Shown here: piece after piece, positions 25,881 to 37,270 of the stretch
How the letters are laid out: the number at the start of each line of letters is the position of its first letter
Position numbering within the stretch: position 1 is the first letter of the stretch
Origin: Squalus acanthias
Taxonomy: Eukaryota
Assembly: GCA_030390025.1 (NCBI GenBank)
Contig: CM059437.1
Coordinates: 77,686,001 to 77,750,000 of the forward strand
DNA: 64,000 bases
Direction of reading: 5' to 3'
Notes under the pieces: model-generated
The model's input: the letters and a program-made list of their open reading frames with translations, nothing else
Told to the model about the DNA's origin: nothing
Database searches by the model: none
Program-made: the position numbers and the translations under genes

Positions 25881-26369
25881 GGAAAAGTTGTGTGTTATGT
25901 TAGTTGGGATGCTAGTGTTTTCTGAAAATCACGACTCCCAACTTCTATTCATATACTGGATACATAATATATATAACATATTATTAGTCTTAGTATTTGT
26001 TTAAGCTATTGGTCTTAATCGATTTCCTAATTTAAAAAAAAGTTTAAAGTGGTTAAAGTGCCATTTTTTGGCTCACTTCCCATTCGATCTGTGGCCTGGT
26101 GCCCTTCTGAGGTTGGGTAATGTGGTCAGGCACAGTTTTTCAGCAGCTCTCCGAGGTTGGAGCGTGAGGGGAAAGTAATGCCATCGAACCTAGTGTACAG
26201 GGACATTGGAAGATTAAATGGAGTGGGGAGGGCGGTGGTTGCATGTGGTATCATCACTGTAGCTGTGTCACATCATCAACTTGAAACATTGCTGATGCGC
26301 TTAGCAGCTTTGTGTGATGCCAGCCTGTCAGGGAAAAATGTTCTGGAGTTCTGTTGGCCTATTGTTTAA

Positions 26370-26720
26370 AGACTAAGCCATGAAGATCAGAAGGTCCAAA
26401 GATCTTTTCCTGGTCTTGTGTTGAGTTAACTGATCTCAGCCGAAGCAGCAATTGGCAATTTAAGTTACCTCAGCGCCCTTGAGCGAGGAAGATAGGATAT
26501 TCAACCAGGTGTGCCACCCTTTATTGCTACCCAGCGACCCCTGAAGTACGCATTTGTAGATGTCCAGTTGGGACAGGACTGGGCTTTATTATGATGCCCT
26601 CCACAGTCAGATAGCTTTCTGATGCTGCCTGATCTCTCACATGAAGATTGACCACTTGGGTGGAGGGCTGTCAATGCATTTGAGTCTCAGCAAGTGGGGA
26701 GGGGGAGGGGGAGGGAGGGG
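26370..26720 (+). mobile_element. LF-SINE-like element
   Basis: GTGTTGAGTTAACTGATCTCAGCCG...CCTCAGCGCCCTTG...GACAGGACTGGGCT...CACATGAAGATTGACCACTTGGG follows the recalled LF-SINE consensus order. Confidence 0.7.
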
Positions 26721-27409
26721 GAATTGCTCTGGTGAATGCTCACAGGCAGGATAAACCAATAAACCATTGGCACTGGTCTCAAGGCCACATTTATTGTACA
26801 ATGATCTTCATTCCAGAAATGGGCAGCACAAATAGAATTCATTTAAAGAAATAACTTGCCTTTTATATAGCATTTCCTATCCTCAGGACATCCCAAAGCA
26901 CTTCACAGCCAAATCATTACCATTGAAGTGTTGGCACGGTTGTTTTGTTAGGAAATGTGGTAGCTAAATAATACTTTTTGCACTTAACACACATGAAGGA
27001 TGTTATTTTTCCAGTTCAGTGCTGCTGTAACACAGGGTGGGGTCCAATATAACAATATTGTGTGAATAAAGCAACATTTAAATAGAACGCTATTAAGTTT
27101 TGTCTGGAAATGAGAGTACCCACGCACGTGCTCATGCCCCCGAGTCTGAGTTTTGGAGCAAATCAGAGAACTTGGTGTAAATGGCTTCCTTCCCTGGCCA
27201 CACAAAAATCAAATTCATTATTGGCGCCAGTCTACCAGCCCCAAGGAGGGTTGGACTCTCTCCAAGTAACAAGCATGACCAAACTCCATTCACACTGTGT
27301 CAGCTCCTGCTGTTGTACTAGTGCCTGACACAATGTGCAAGAACTCTCACCTTTTAGCGGTGTATAGCAGGCAGTGAAACAAGAGTATTCATTCCAGAGG
27401 ATGGTGCCA

Positions 27410-27690
27410 CGTGTCAACTAGGCTCAGTTGGTCACCTCTGGGTCAGAAGGTTGCGGAGTCCAGCCCCATCGCAGGATTTCAGCAAATCAAGTAAAGATTT
27501 GTAGAAGAGCAGTGCGGTATTTTGGTGCGCTGGTCAACATTTCTTCCTCAAACACCACCAACCAAAAATAGACTAACTGATCATTCATTTTGTGGGATCC
27601 TGCTGTGTATACAATAATTGCAGTGAAGTCACAGCACCTAAAAGCAATTCATTCTATGTGAAGTATTTTGAGAGTTCCTTAAAGGTGTGA
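27410..27690 (+). mobile_element. Decayed, internally deleted Deu-SINE
   Basis: Head GGCTCAGTTGG...TCAGAAGGTTGCGGAGTCCAGCCCC, followed by degenerate body motifs. Confidence 0.5.
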
Positions 27691-27924
27691 TGATCATCTT
27701 AGTTTTCATTCACTTTTGTTTAATGACCATTTGGTGCTAGATTTACACCCAAAATACAAGAATTCAATGCCAAATTGCCAGTATAACAGCTACCATTAAA
27801 AGATCATAAGTGGAGTAACCAAAAAGGCTGGAATTTTTTTTAAAAAAGCAGAAAATGCTCGGCTTTAGGGTATGACTCTTCATCTGAGTAACAATAAACG
27901 ATTGGTCAAGAGCATTCACACATT

Positions 27925-28325
27925 GCTCATCAGATGGGTTCGTTGCTCAAAGCAGTAAGACATGGGCCATACAGATGATAAATACAGCTTGTATTGAGGA
28001 AGCTGATCACACACAGGTTGATGATAACGGTGTTACAATTGGTTTCCATGCTCAGTATTAGGGAAGGAAAAATCAATATTAAGGTCCCAGACCTGATTGC
28101 TATCAGCAACCTCAGCTGGAAGCACATGTGCAGATGTCAATTAAGAACAGGTTCCAGCTTAAAAGTGATGCTCCACACAGATAAGTCCACAGGCTGAGAT
28201 CACTATCCACGCTCTCACATAAAGAAGGTTAACTTGAGCAAGGTACTAGTGGGTGACTGATGACCATAGAGCCATCTGCCCAGCAAGGAGTCAATACCTT
28301 TACGACTGGAGGAGAAAGGAAAAAT
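27925..28325 (+). mobile_element. LF-SINE-like element, decayed
   Basis: AGGGAAGGAAAAATCA...CCTGATTGCTATC...CCCAGCAAGGAGTCAATACCTT...GGAGGAGAAAGG. Confidence 0.6.
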
Positions 28326-28642
28326 CTCCGGAAGGTGACTTTGCTGGGGTTAAGGACCAAATGTGCCAGGGTATTCTAATGCCTCACTCTCTAGTGGTGA
28401 TTCCTTGGGAATTTTAACCCTCTACCCCCCCCCCCCCCCCCCAGGATGGGTGGGATTTGGCGGTTCGCTGACCCACTCCCCGTCACGATCCAAAGCATCC
28501 CCAATATCCTGGCCAACCTGTGATTCCCCCGACCCGCGATGTCTTTTCCCCGCGATCTCCTCCTCCCCCCCTTCCCCTTCTCTCCACTCCCCAGCTCCAG
28601 CCTTTCTGGTCCGACAGCCAGCCAGTCTCTCAGTCTGTCATT

Positions 28643-28777
28643 AAAAACAGAAAATGCTGGAAATACGCAGCTGGTCAGGCAGCATCCATGGGGAGAGAGA
28701 GAGAGAGAAACAGAGTTAACGTTTGAGGTTGATGGTTTTTATTTCAGATTTCCAGCATCCACAGTATTTTGCTTTTG
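28643..28777. mobile_element. Short Penelope-derived element with inverted termini
   Basis: AAAACAGAAAATGCTGGAAAT...ATTTCCAGCATCCACAGTATTTTGCTTTT inverted ends, with internal GAAACAGAGTTAACGTTT; resembles a common shark repeat (recalled). Confidence 0.55.
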
Positions 28778-28934
28778 TCTCAATCTGTCAAGCTGCCGGC
28801 CGGGAAATGGAGAAAAAAAATTAAATGCGGTCCTGTCGTTAAATTCGTCAGGACCTCTGCATTTCCGGTCGCTACAATCCCCTCTCGCTCCGTCCCCACC
28901 TCTCCATAAATATCGGGGCCTTCATGTCTCTACC

Positions 28935-29215
28935 AAGCCGTCAACAGTGGGCTGGAAGAAATCACAGCTGGACCCAATCCTGCTCTCAATCAATGTGCAC
29001 AGATCTGTACTTTCCAGCAGGGGTCACTGGATAGCAATCAGGGCGGGAAACCACGGTTCATTTTCCCCTCCCTATCCCAAAGGTGCTGAGGCCAATTGCA
29101 GTGCCCCTATTGGCATCCAGGCTACTAGGACAGACTAGATATCTAAGCCAGGACATTTTGATGCATATAAATCTGTTATACACAATGCTTACTACTACTG
29201 AGCCACTGGGGGAGC
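28935..29215 (-). mobile_element. LF-SINE-like element
   Basis: TTCCAGCAGGGGTCACTGGATAGCAATCAGG...TTTTCCCCTCCCTA...GCTGAGGCCAATTGCAGTGCCCC...CTGAGCCACTGGGGGAGCC is the reverse complement of the LF-SINE 5' half. Confidence 0.75.
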
Positions 29216-29571
29216 CAAGTGTGCTATTTTAATCTCCAGATTTGTTACCTACATAATCACATCAACATAAGTCACCATAAAATTAAGTTACATTAAGAAT
29301 GTGACACCGTACATTTAAAGCTGTATGGGAAAATGTTATTTCAGAGTAAAATGGGAAAAGGCTGTAAATTCAAAGCAGTTTAGTGAGAAACAATTTAGCA
29401 CCTCTCGTGTGTCCCTTAATCAGAACTCTATCATTTGATTGCTCAACAAGTTGTGTTTTTTTTTTGTAAACTGCGCCAGTTTATTCTTTAGAGATTTTGG
29501 TTATTTTAATTGGTTACTCATTCAGTTTTGACCATTGCAATATATGTTAAATTATTCACTTTTTTTTAAAG

Positions 29572-29688
29572 GAATTGGTGTCCGTACACTGTCACGAAAA
29601 CAGTCTCCTGCCAAGTGCAGAATGGCACCTACGTGCAGAGGGTTTATCAGAGCTGCAGATGGCCAATGGGCTGTCCCGGTGGTATCAG
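29572..29688 (+). CDS. EMID1: EMID1/COL26A1-family protein, exon 2 (EMI domain, N-terminal half)
   Basis: Poly-T then aag acceptor; 117 nt, phase 2/2; gtatga donor. Encodes (R)NWCPYTVTKTVSCQVQNGTYVQRVYQSCRWPMGCPGGI(S), the EMI-domain NWC...VSC pattern. Not in the ORF track. Confidence 0.93.
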
Positions 29689-29899
29689 GTATGAATACAC
29701 TACTATGTTAGACATCTCGATCTGACCCCTGCATCATCTTCAATGGCGTTGGCATCTCTGCTGTGCAATCTAGCTGCCCAGGGTTACTTTTGCAGCTGGC
29801 GTGTATTTCCCTTAAGTCTGTATTAATAATATCAAAGTTATCTTCACTTTGGTATGAGACTAACTGCCAGTGTCCTCCGCAATGCTACAATTGCATCAC

Positions 29900-30085
29900 A
29901 CTCCTGACTTGCACCTTGTAGGTGGTGGAGAGGCTTTGGGGAGTCAGGAGGTGAGTCACTCGCTGCAGAGTATCCAGCCTCTGACCTGCTTTAGTCGCCA
30001 TGGCATTTATGTGGCTGGTCCAGTTGAGTCAATGGTGACCCCCAGGCTGTTGAAGGTGGGGGATTCGGGGATGGTAAGGCTGATT
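29900..30085 (-). mobile_element. LINE RT-region fragment
   Basis: GGGAGTCAGGAGGTGAGT...TATGTGGCTGGTCCAGTT...GGTGACCCCCAGG resembles the reverse complement of shark CR1-group RT sequence (recalled). Confidence 0.5.
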
Positions 30086-30145
30086 GATAATGATAATTGA
30101 CAAAGAGGCTGATTGTAAACTAACGAAACTGATTTATGTAAAGTA

Positions 30146-30372
30146 AGAAAGAACTTGCATTTATATAGCACCTACCATGACCTGAGGATGTCTTGATTTC
30201 CCTCCCTAAACCTCTCCACCTCTCTTTCCTCCTTTAAGACGCTCCTTAAAACCTACCTGTGACCAAGCTCTCCTTATGCAGCTTGGTGTAAATCTTTGTC
30301 TGATAACACTCCTGGAAAGCGCCTTGGGACGTTTTACTATGTTAAAGGCGCTATATAAATTCAAGTTGTTGA
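30146..30372. mobile_element. Back-to-back SINE/L2 tails (minus 30146-30195, plus 30196-30372)
   Basis: AACTTGCATTTATATAGCACCT and AGGCGCTATATAAATTCAAGTT are near reverse complements; an L2 3' UTR lies between them. Confidence 0.7.
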
Positions 30373-30564
30373 GTTAAAATCGGGGCTTTAAGAACCTGCC
30401 AAACGCTGCTCACATGCCTCAGGTCAACTGTGGGAGGGAAGTGTGTGTGTGGGCAGGGCTGGAAGATGGTGAGTGTGGGTGCCCGCTTCCCCGCCCCCTC
30501 TACTGTGCTTCAGAGAAGCATTTTATTTCTTTACTTACAGGGTTTTTTTTTAAACATTTTCCAG

Positions 30565-30668
30565 TTACAGGGCGGTGATACGACCAACTTACAGACTGAC
30601 GTACAAAACGGTGTCAGCAATAGAATGGAAATGCTGTGTTGGGTTCAGAGGGAGCAACTGTGAAGAAG
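30565..30668 (+). CDS. EMID1: EMID1/COL26A1-family protein, exon 3 (EMI domain, C-terminal half)
   Basis: ttttccag acceptor; 104 nt, phase 2/1; gtgaga donor. Encodes (S)YRAVIRPTYRLTYKTVSAIEWKCCVGFRGSNCEE, containing the EMI RPxY...EWxCCxGFxGxxC motif. Confidence 0.93.
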
Positions 30669-32317
30669 GTGAGAAGTACCCGTGTCACTCACTGAACATG
30701 TTGCATAGTAACGTCTGCCTTTGTGCACTGCTTACCACGGAGTGAGCCAAGATAATAAGATAATACTTCTTTCCAAAGGTGGCATTTTAATACTGTACCG
30801 GATTGTGAGCAAAACAAATTAGTTCTTAAGCAAAACAATAAGAATGTAATCACATTCAGTTTAAAACTGGGCTGTATGAAGGTAAGCTTTTAAATGTTGC
30901 CTCCTTATAAACATTCAGGTGGATGTTTGGGTGCTGGTGAAGTTCAGATCAGAATGGCTCAGTTCTGGTGCAAATCTAGCCAGACGTGTAGTGTAGTGTA
31001 CTGACTGCAAGCTAGTTTCCTGGGTCAGTTCATTTCCATAATCATTCACAGCTCCTTCTGAAGCATTGGCCTTGTACAGGGAGCTAGCTTAAGACAAGTT
31101 GTGGTCTAGGTGAAATTTAAAAGGATGCAGCCACCTAAAAGATGAACTGTCACCTGGCAGGTATGGTGCCATTTTGTTTTACTGCCTTAAGGATTGAAAA
31201 GGCATTTCAACTTGTTGGTAGCCTTTATCAAAGCTGAAGGAAAGAGAAGTGCCAGGCAAAGATGAAGTGCAAGCAAACCCAATGTGGGGGCACAATATGG
31301 ATTCTGGGGCAAGTGACAGAGTGGCACAGCAACCATGTTCATTTCACTGGCTGACTAAGTGGACATTGTGCTGCATTAGATGGGTGTGTGAAGGGTTGCC
31401 CTCTCTGGCACTCCCGGGTACCCACTCCATGGAGCAGCAGAACAGTATGCTTGAAATAAGCCTGAAGCATGAAAGGTAATGGCAGAAATGACCCGCATAG
31501 CCACAGGCCTATGTTGCAAGTTGGCCGCAAGGTCCTTCTAACAGATGGCAACGCTCTGCAACTGCTCCCTACTGACCTGGAGCCTTTAGGGGTAGTTTGC
31601 CTCCTTTGTTAGTTGGTAGGTGTGCCAAGGCCTGTAGGTTATGGCTATAACGGCAAATGGGTTCGGTGAAGCTTAGGTGGGATCAACTTGATTGTCGGAG
31701 GCCATGCATGAAATCTGAGCTTCTGCAAATAAACCTAAACCAAATTTTATACATCTTTTGCTTACCTTTAAACTAAGAAGTTCTGTTAAAAATGAGTGGC
31801 CAGTGCTTCAAGTTGTTTATGTATCAGTGTCACCTATTTGATAGTAAACTGTTAAGGAAAATGGTGAAGTTCAGACCAGAATGGCTGTTATTTCAAGATT
31901 CCTGACTTAGGAAGCATTAAAGCAGAGTGTTCCTTTTAAAAACAGATGAGGTGCCATTTCAGTGCAAAGTAGCAATGCATAAGTGGGAGGACTTTTCAAT
32001 AGGAAATATCTCCAGAAACCCCCCTGCCAACGCCCCCACAAATCTGTGTATTTTAAAATAAATCGTATTACTAGTTCGTATCATGTAGGCAATAGTTTCA
32101 ATTTTATAATCCATCTCCTATAAAACAGCAGAATTTTCACAATGTTTTGAAATTTGTATAAGTGGGGAAGAACTCCCCCTTAAGGCTTCTTTCTCTAATC
32201 TTGATTTCCTCTTTTAATTTGGTTCAGAACATTGTCCCAGCCTTTGTTTCATGTCTTGAAGAACACAGTACTGCCTGAACTGTAGTTGTTTGCCAAAAGA
32301 TTATCTAATTAAAATGA

Positions 32318-32439
32318 ATTACAATATATTAGACAAACATTTGATTTATGAATGTATAAGTATAGAGTAAATGTAGTATAATATACACACATTAATCCTA
32401 TACTTCCATGAATCAAATGTTTGTCTAATATATGGTAAT
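32318..32439. repeat. AT-rich inverted repeat / hairpin (MITE-like)
   Basis: ATATATTAGACAAACATTTGATT (from 32324) is perfectly complementary to AATCAAATGTTTGTCTAATATAT (to 32433), with imperfect extension on both sides. Confidence 0.85.
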
Positions 32440-32571
32440 GCGTTGTCATTTCCTCAAGTCGTTCCACCCTGCAACCATTCTCAATTATATTTGTCTTTGA
32501 AATTGGAACCCCTCCATTTTTGTGATACAGATGTCTCGTTTACACATTTTATTCATTTGGTTTGCAATGTT

Positions 32572-33325
32572 GGCCCTGAAATTGCAGTGTCTGTGATGGC
32601 GTACTCTGAGTACGCTGTCGTATTCCCTTTGAAATGGCTCGCAAGTTTGGGATATCTGCTTGCGCATGCGCGAAATCCGGAATCTGCGGCCTATCAATGT
32701 ACGCATTGACAGGCCATCCGCGGGGGCCCCGAAAAACCAATCACTGGCGCAGAGTTGGGCTATTTGCCCAGCGACTGGCCAGCAGTTGCCCATGTAAATC
32801 TTGCGGTTGATGCAAGCAGGCCAGGGCCTGCTTACATCAGCGTAAGTTGATATCTATGGCTTAAATTAAACATTTTCATATCCTAAATTATGCACAAATA
32901 CTGTATTAAATGAGCTTATGCAAATATTGGCCTGGATTACAGCTTTAATGATGTATAAAATTATTATCAAAAAATTAAAGTTTTATTGAGGTTGGCGTAA
33001 TGAAGGTAATTATGAATAAAATTCCAATTCTGTACATTGTATAATTATTAGATTTGGGGATTCCATTGCATATTATTAGGGGATTCCCTTCGTAAATGAT
33101 TGAAATGGAATTCTGCTTATTGATTGGAGGACCGGGCCCACGTGATCCCATGTATGCTTCCGAACTGCCTGCGTCCCTGGGATCTGTGGGCCATTAGGCT
33201 GCCCTCCGCCTCGAGGCCTGAGACCGCAACCTTTCACAGCCTGGGTACCAGGAGGTACTGTCGTAATTGTTTCGCGAGTTGGAGGTGTACTCCGGAGGTA
33301 TGCCTCCGACCGCAATTTCTAGCCC
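32572..33325. mobile_element. Harbinger-like non-autonomous DNA element
   Basis: Imperfect termini GGCCCTGAAATTGC / GCAATTTCTAGCCC, GC-rich subtermini and an AT-rich core. No clear target-site duplication. Confidence 0.6.
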
Positions 33326-34217
33326 ATCTACTTTTATTGCAAGATGCACATAATCAGACACCAACCCCAGTTTCTGATGCTGGCCACAATTGTTCCTTCA
33401 GGGGCCATGGATAACTGCTCTGTTATTTAAATGGCTAAAATTGATCTCCTCTTACTGCCTGCAAAAGATGATTTGTTCTAAAGCTTTGAAAAAATTCTCG
33501 CTCTTAAATAGGGAAAAATCCACCACATTGTTTAATTGCACCATTTAACTGCAGTTTAATTACATTCTTATAGTTGTGTAATTGCATTCTTTGGGCTGTC
33601 ATTGCCTCAGTTTGCAATAATAATTGTTTATTCAGTACCAGGATATTAAACAACATATTTTGGTGATTTCAATTATTGTCTCTCTTCATTTGATAAACAC
33701 ATAGAAAAGAAGTTTTGTTTTTGCGATGTGAGCCACTGTATTCACAGCTGAGCCCTAAATCTGGGTCATGAGTAAAGGCATTTACATGGATTCATGTATG
33801 TTCGTTGGAAACTGTTTTTGAAATTTATTTGATACATATCTGTTTTCTTAAGTACAAATTTGTGCAGCAGACCTATCTATAGTGAATCTGTATGTTTTTA
33901 TAACAATTATTTTCCCTTTATCTGCACAGTTTGCTTTATTAAATAGAGTTCAGCAAGCTATCAAAATAAACAGCAAACTTTGCCAAACAAATGCATTGCC
34001 TGAAGTCTAATGTATTTCTGTGATCTGAACTCAACTAGGCACTAGCTCAAGACTAGGTCATGTACTAAAATGTTGAACAGTTTAATGAACTTTAATCCTG
34101 CGTTCCATAAACTGTATCAAACTCCCAGCGTATTTGACCAAGCCAGTAGTGACTGGATGTGTTTTGATCTATTTGTGACTCATCTTTAGTGTTTAAAATA
34201 CGTACAGAAACTTAAAG

Positions 34218-34595
34218 GACTCCCCCCAATAGCTCAGCTACTCACTGTCTTAAACAGCTGAATCGTACAAATCGGGAACATTCACTCGTCACCTTGGGTT
34301 AGCCGGGGGCAGTAGGGGTGGTACAATTAACCTGAGGATCCCTAGGTTACAGAGATAAAAACCGGGTAGGTTTCACACTCCTGGTCACTATGCAGTGCCG
34401 CTTATGGATGCTGGTCATTGGATGATGAAGGGATCAGATTTAGACTTGGTGCGTCTGCTATCCAGGCTAATGCATGAACAATGAGTATCTAAATAAGGTA
34501 CCAAAGTACACGCAGTACTTAGAGAACCAAACCCCAGCAAGATGTCAAAGCCTTCACGAGTGGGGGATTGAAAACGTTGTTGGAAAAAGGGGAAC
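34218..34595 (+). mobile_element. LF-SINE-like element, decayed
   Basis: GACTCCCCCCAATAGCTCAG head...GGGGCAGTAGGGGTGGTACAATT...CTCCTGGTCACTATGCAGTG...ACCCCAGCAAG. Confidence 0.6.
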
Positions 34596-34992
34596 AAAAA
34601 CTTCTAGAACTAGCAAAGCAGAATAAATTTATATATTTTTTATCAAGAACAACATTATTGTGCCATTTCAGATTCTGTGCTTCCTGCAAGTACAATTAAA
34701 TCTATGCTGTACTTATGTGATCATTGACACATAATTCAATTCTTATTACAATAATTACTTCTTTATTTGAGTTTTTCATATTTGCACTTTATATATGTTT
34801 TGATATTTTGAAGTTGATTTATTCATGTTGTCTGATGAGTAGAGTGTGAAGGTTGGTTTGTGTGTTTCTGAGATAGACTCGTGACTGGAATTACTTTGTT
34901 TCCTCTCCACTACTAATGTGCGTCTGCCATATTCTGATGCCTCCTATCAGTAGTATTGCACATATGGTCAGCTGTATGGAAGTGAAGTACTA

Positions 34993-35351
34993 GACAGACT
35001 AGATGCAGAAGGAATGTTTCCCTTGGCGGGTGAGAACAGAACTAGAGGACATAATTTAAGGATAAGGGCTAAACCATTTAGGACAGAAATGAGGGGGAAT
35101 TTCTTCACTCAGAGGGTGGTGAACCTGTGGAACTCATTGCCACAGAGGGCAGTGTACGCCAGCTCATTAAATATATTTAAGAGGGAATTAGATATATTTC
35201 TACAGGCAAAAGGGGTTAAGGGTTACGGAGAGAAGGCGGGGACGGGATACTGAATTGGAGGATCAGCCATGATCTCATTAAATGGCGGAGCAGGCTCGAA
35301 GGGCCGGATGGCCTACTCCTGCTCCTATCTTCTATGTATCTATGTATCTAT
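34993..35351 (+). mobile_element. Relatively young 5'-truncated CR1 LINE
   Basis: Open RT C-terminus MFPLAGENRTRGHNLRI...FFTQRVVNLWNSLP, CR1 3' UTR, (CTATGTAT)n tail, and flanking GTACTA duplication (34987-34992 / 35352-35357). Confidence 0.9.
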
Positions 35352-35639
35352 GTACTAAGAGCAGCATTTACTTTCTGTACAGAAGCCAATGATGGATTTG
35401 AAGAGATATTTAGCTATTTGTCATTTAGCGCACAAATAGTAGCTTGAACATTTTGTGAGCTGAAGCTCATTCTCTCCCACTGCACCATGAACTTTTCCAT
35501 TTCCCACATCAGTCATTCTTTCTGACCTCTCTGACTGAAAGTGCTGATTTGTGGGCAGTTTTGTGATTTGCCCCGTGCTCCACCACTTGTAGCTGGGTTG
35601 GGAATGCAGCAACTCTGTTCACACAAGACTCTTTGAGCC

Positions 35640-35742
35640 AGCAGAGAGAGAGACTGTCACGTCGCGAGTCTGCGCTGGATTCAAACACAGGCCCCAGAGG
35701 TGAAAGGGCGATATGCTACGCCACCCACTACACCACCCACTG
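35640..35742 (-). mobile_element. tRNA-derived SINE head remnant
   Basis: Minus strand GGTGGTGTAGTGGG...CCTTTCACCTCTGGGGCCTGTGTTTGAATCCAG has A-box and B-box-like motifs but no intact cloverleaf. Confidence 0.5.
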
Positions 35743-36120
35743 CCCTCGAAACTGAAGTTCTAAAAAGCAGTTGCTATGGTTCAAGTGCAGGGAGGTTGGT
35801 CTTGCGACTGAAATATTCTTTTGGAAAGAATGCAGTCAGTTTTAGTTCATGCTCATAACTAGAAACTGAATTGGAAAATGTCTGAATCTGGGTTAAAGTG
35901 ATACTGCAGGAGTAGGCCCTGTAATAACCTGTTCCTCAAATATTCTCTATCAAAATACTCCCCATATTTTTTAACTCCCAATGACTTTTAAATATTAAAA
36001 CTATAGAGGGAATCGCCAATATGTCAAAACAAATAAGGTGAGTGGGAAATATTGTGCTGGATCAGAGTACTTGTCATTAATAAGCAATATGGTGGCAAAT
36101 CACAGTGGAGTACCAGTGCA

Positions 36121-36137
36121 GAGCGCCACCTGTTGGT
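36121..36137 (-). promoter_or_regulatory. Candidate CTCF binding site
   Basis: Minus strand ACCAACAGGTGGCGCTC closely fits the CTCF core CCASYAGRKGGCRSY, in otherwise non-repetitive sequence. Confidence 0.5.
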
Positions 36138-37164
36138 AGATATGGATTCCTTGTCCTCATCTCCCATACTCTTGAATTTCATCTCTGCTGTGTTATTGCA
36201 AAGCAGTACTTAGCAGAGGGAAAATTGAAGGGATCATTGTTACCAAGATACACTTGTGCATCTCATAGAAACTGGCTCAAAGTGGCAATGGCCCAGAGTT
36301 GGCAGCAGGTTGGCCTGACCTTCCTGTAGGGGAAATTAGGAAAAAAATGGGACGGGGGCAAGAGAAAACAAGAGAGATTCTGTGCTCGCCAAGTAAAGTA
36401 TCCTGCAATTTATTAGCCTTAGTTAGTAGAAAGTGGATTGTTTTAAGTCTGTACTAAGTATAGAGGAATAAGAAATATGTGGTGGGACTGATCTGGAGCA
36501 ATCCGTCAAATTACTTTTCAAATTACAGTTTTAGTAAAAAAAAAAAATACTCAAAGGACCATTATCTTTTGGTGTGCCTTTTTAGTTCTTAATGTGGGAG
36601 GAGGATGGGTGGTGTGTTTGGCAGAACCAGCAAACTACTAATATTTTGCAGTCTGGATTTTAGTCTAAGTAGATTAAACCATAAAATTAAACTGGTGTGG
36701 ATGACTTGTAATATACTGACAATTTAAGAGGTGAGTTATGGTGTTATCTGCCCTTATTAAATAAAAGTGATATTTCACAGTTTAATGCCTGTTGTGTTAA
36801 TTTATATATGTTTACATGTAATGGAAAGATGGAAGTTGTGTTCTGGAAAGCACAAAAGACATTTGGGACTCAACAGACAAAGCAATATCTTCACTTCACT
36901 TTATTTCTTTAGCCAGTGCCAACCTTTGCTGTGCATCTTTCACCAATACTAAGCAATTTTTATTTTGTGATATGATTCTTTCATCCTGAAACTGAGTGGT
37001 AAGGAAATAATTCAGCATTGTCCTTGGTGGAATTTCTCTCTGGGAAGTGGGAGAACATTCCTGCCTGAGCTGAAACCAAAACAGTGGATTTGTTGCTTCA
37101 CATGACTCCAATTCAAAAGTACCTCATTGGCTGTAAAGCACTTTGGGACATCCTGCAAGACTCT

Positions 37165-37270
37165 GTCTTTCTCTCTCTCTCTCTGTCTTTCTCTTTGTGT
37201 GTGTCTCTCTCTCTTTCTCTTTCTCTTTGTCTCTGTGTCTCTCCCTCTCTCTCGTCTCCCTCTCTCGTCT
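37165..37270. repeat. Imperfect (CT)n/(GT)n microsatellite following a SINE tail fragment
   Basis: Directly visible. Confidence 0.9.

Noticed and set aside
28700-28740. Hammerhead in the Penelope-derived short element
   Set aside because: The GAAA/palindrome half is mutated and the CUGANGA half is missing in this copy.
28363-29138. 199-aa and neighbouring ORFs
   Set aside because: They run across several unrelated repeats (poly-C, Penelope-derived element, LF-SINE).
31496-31643. Imperfect inverted repeat CATAGCCACAGGCCT / AGGCCTGTAGGTTATG
   Set aside because: Only 8 contiguous perfect pairs, partly from the self-palindromic AGGCCT; compatible with chance.
35640-35742. tRNA gene
   Set aside because: A/B-box-like motifs are present but the acceptor and anticodon stems do not form; it is a SINE head.
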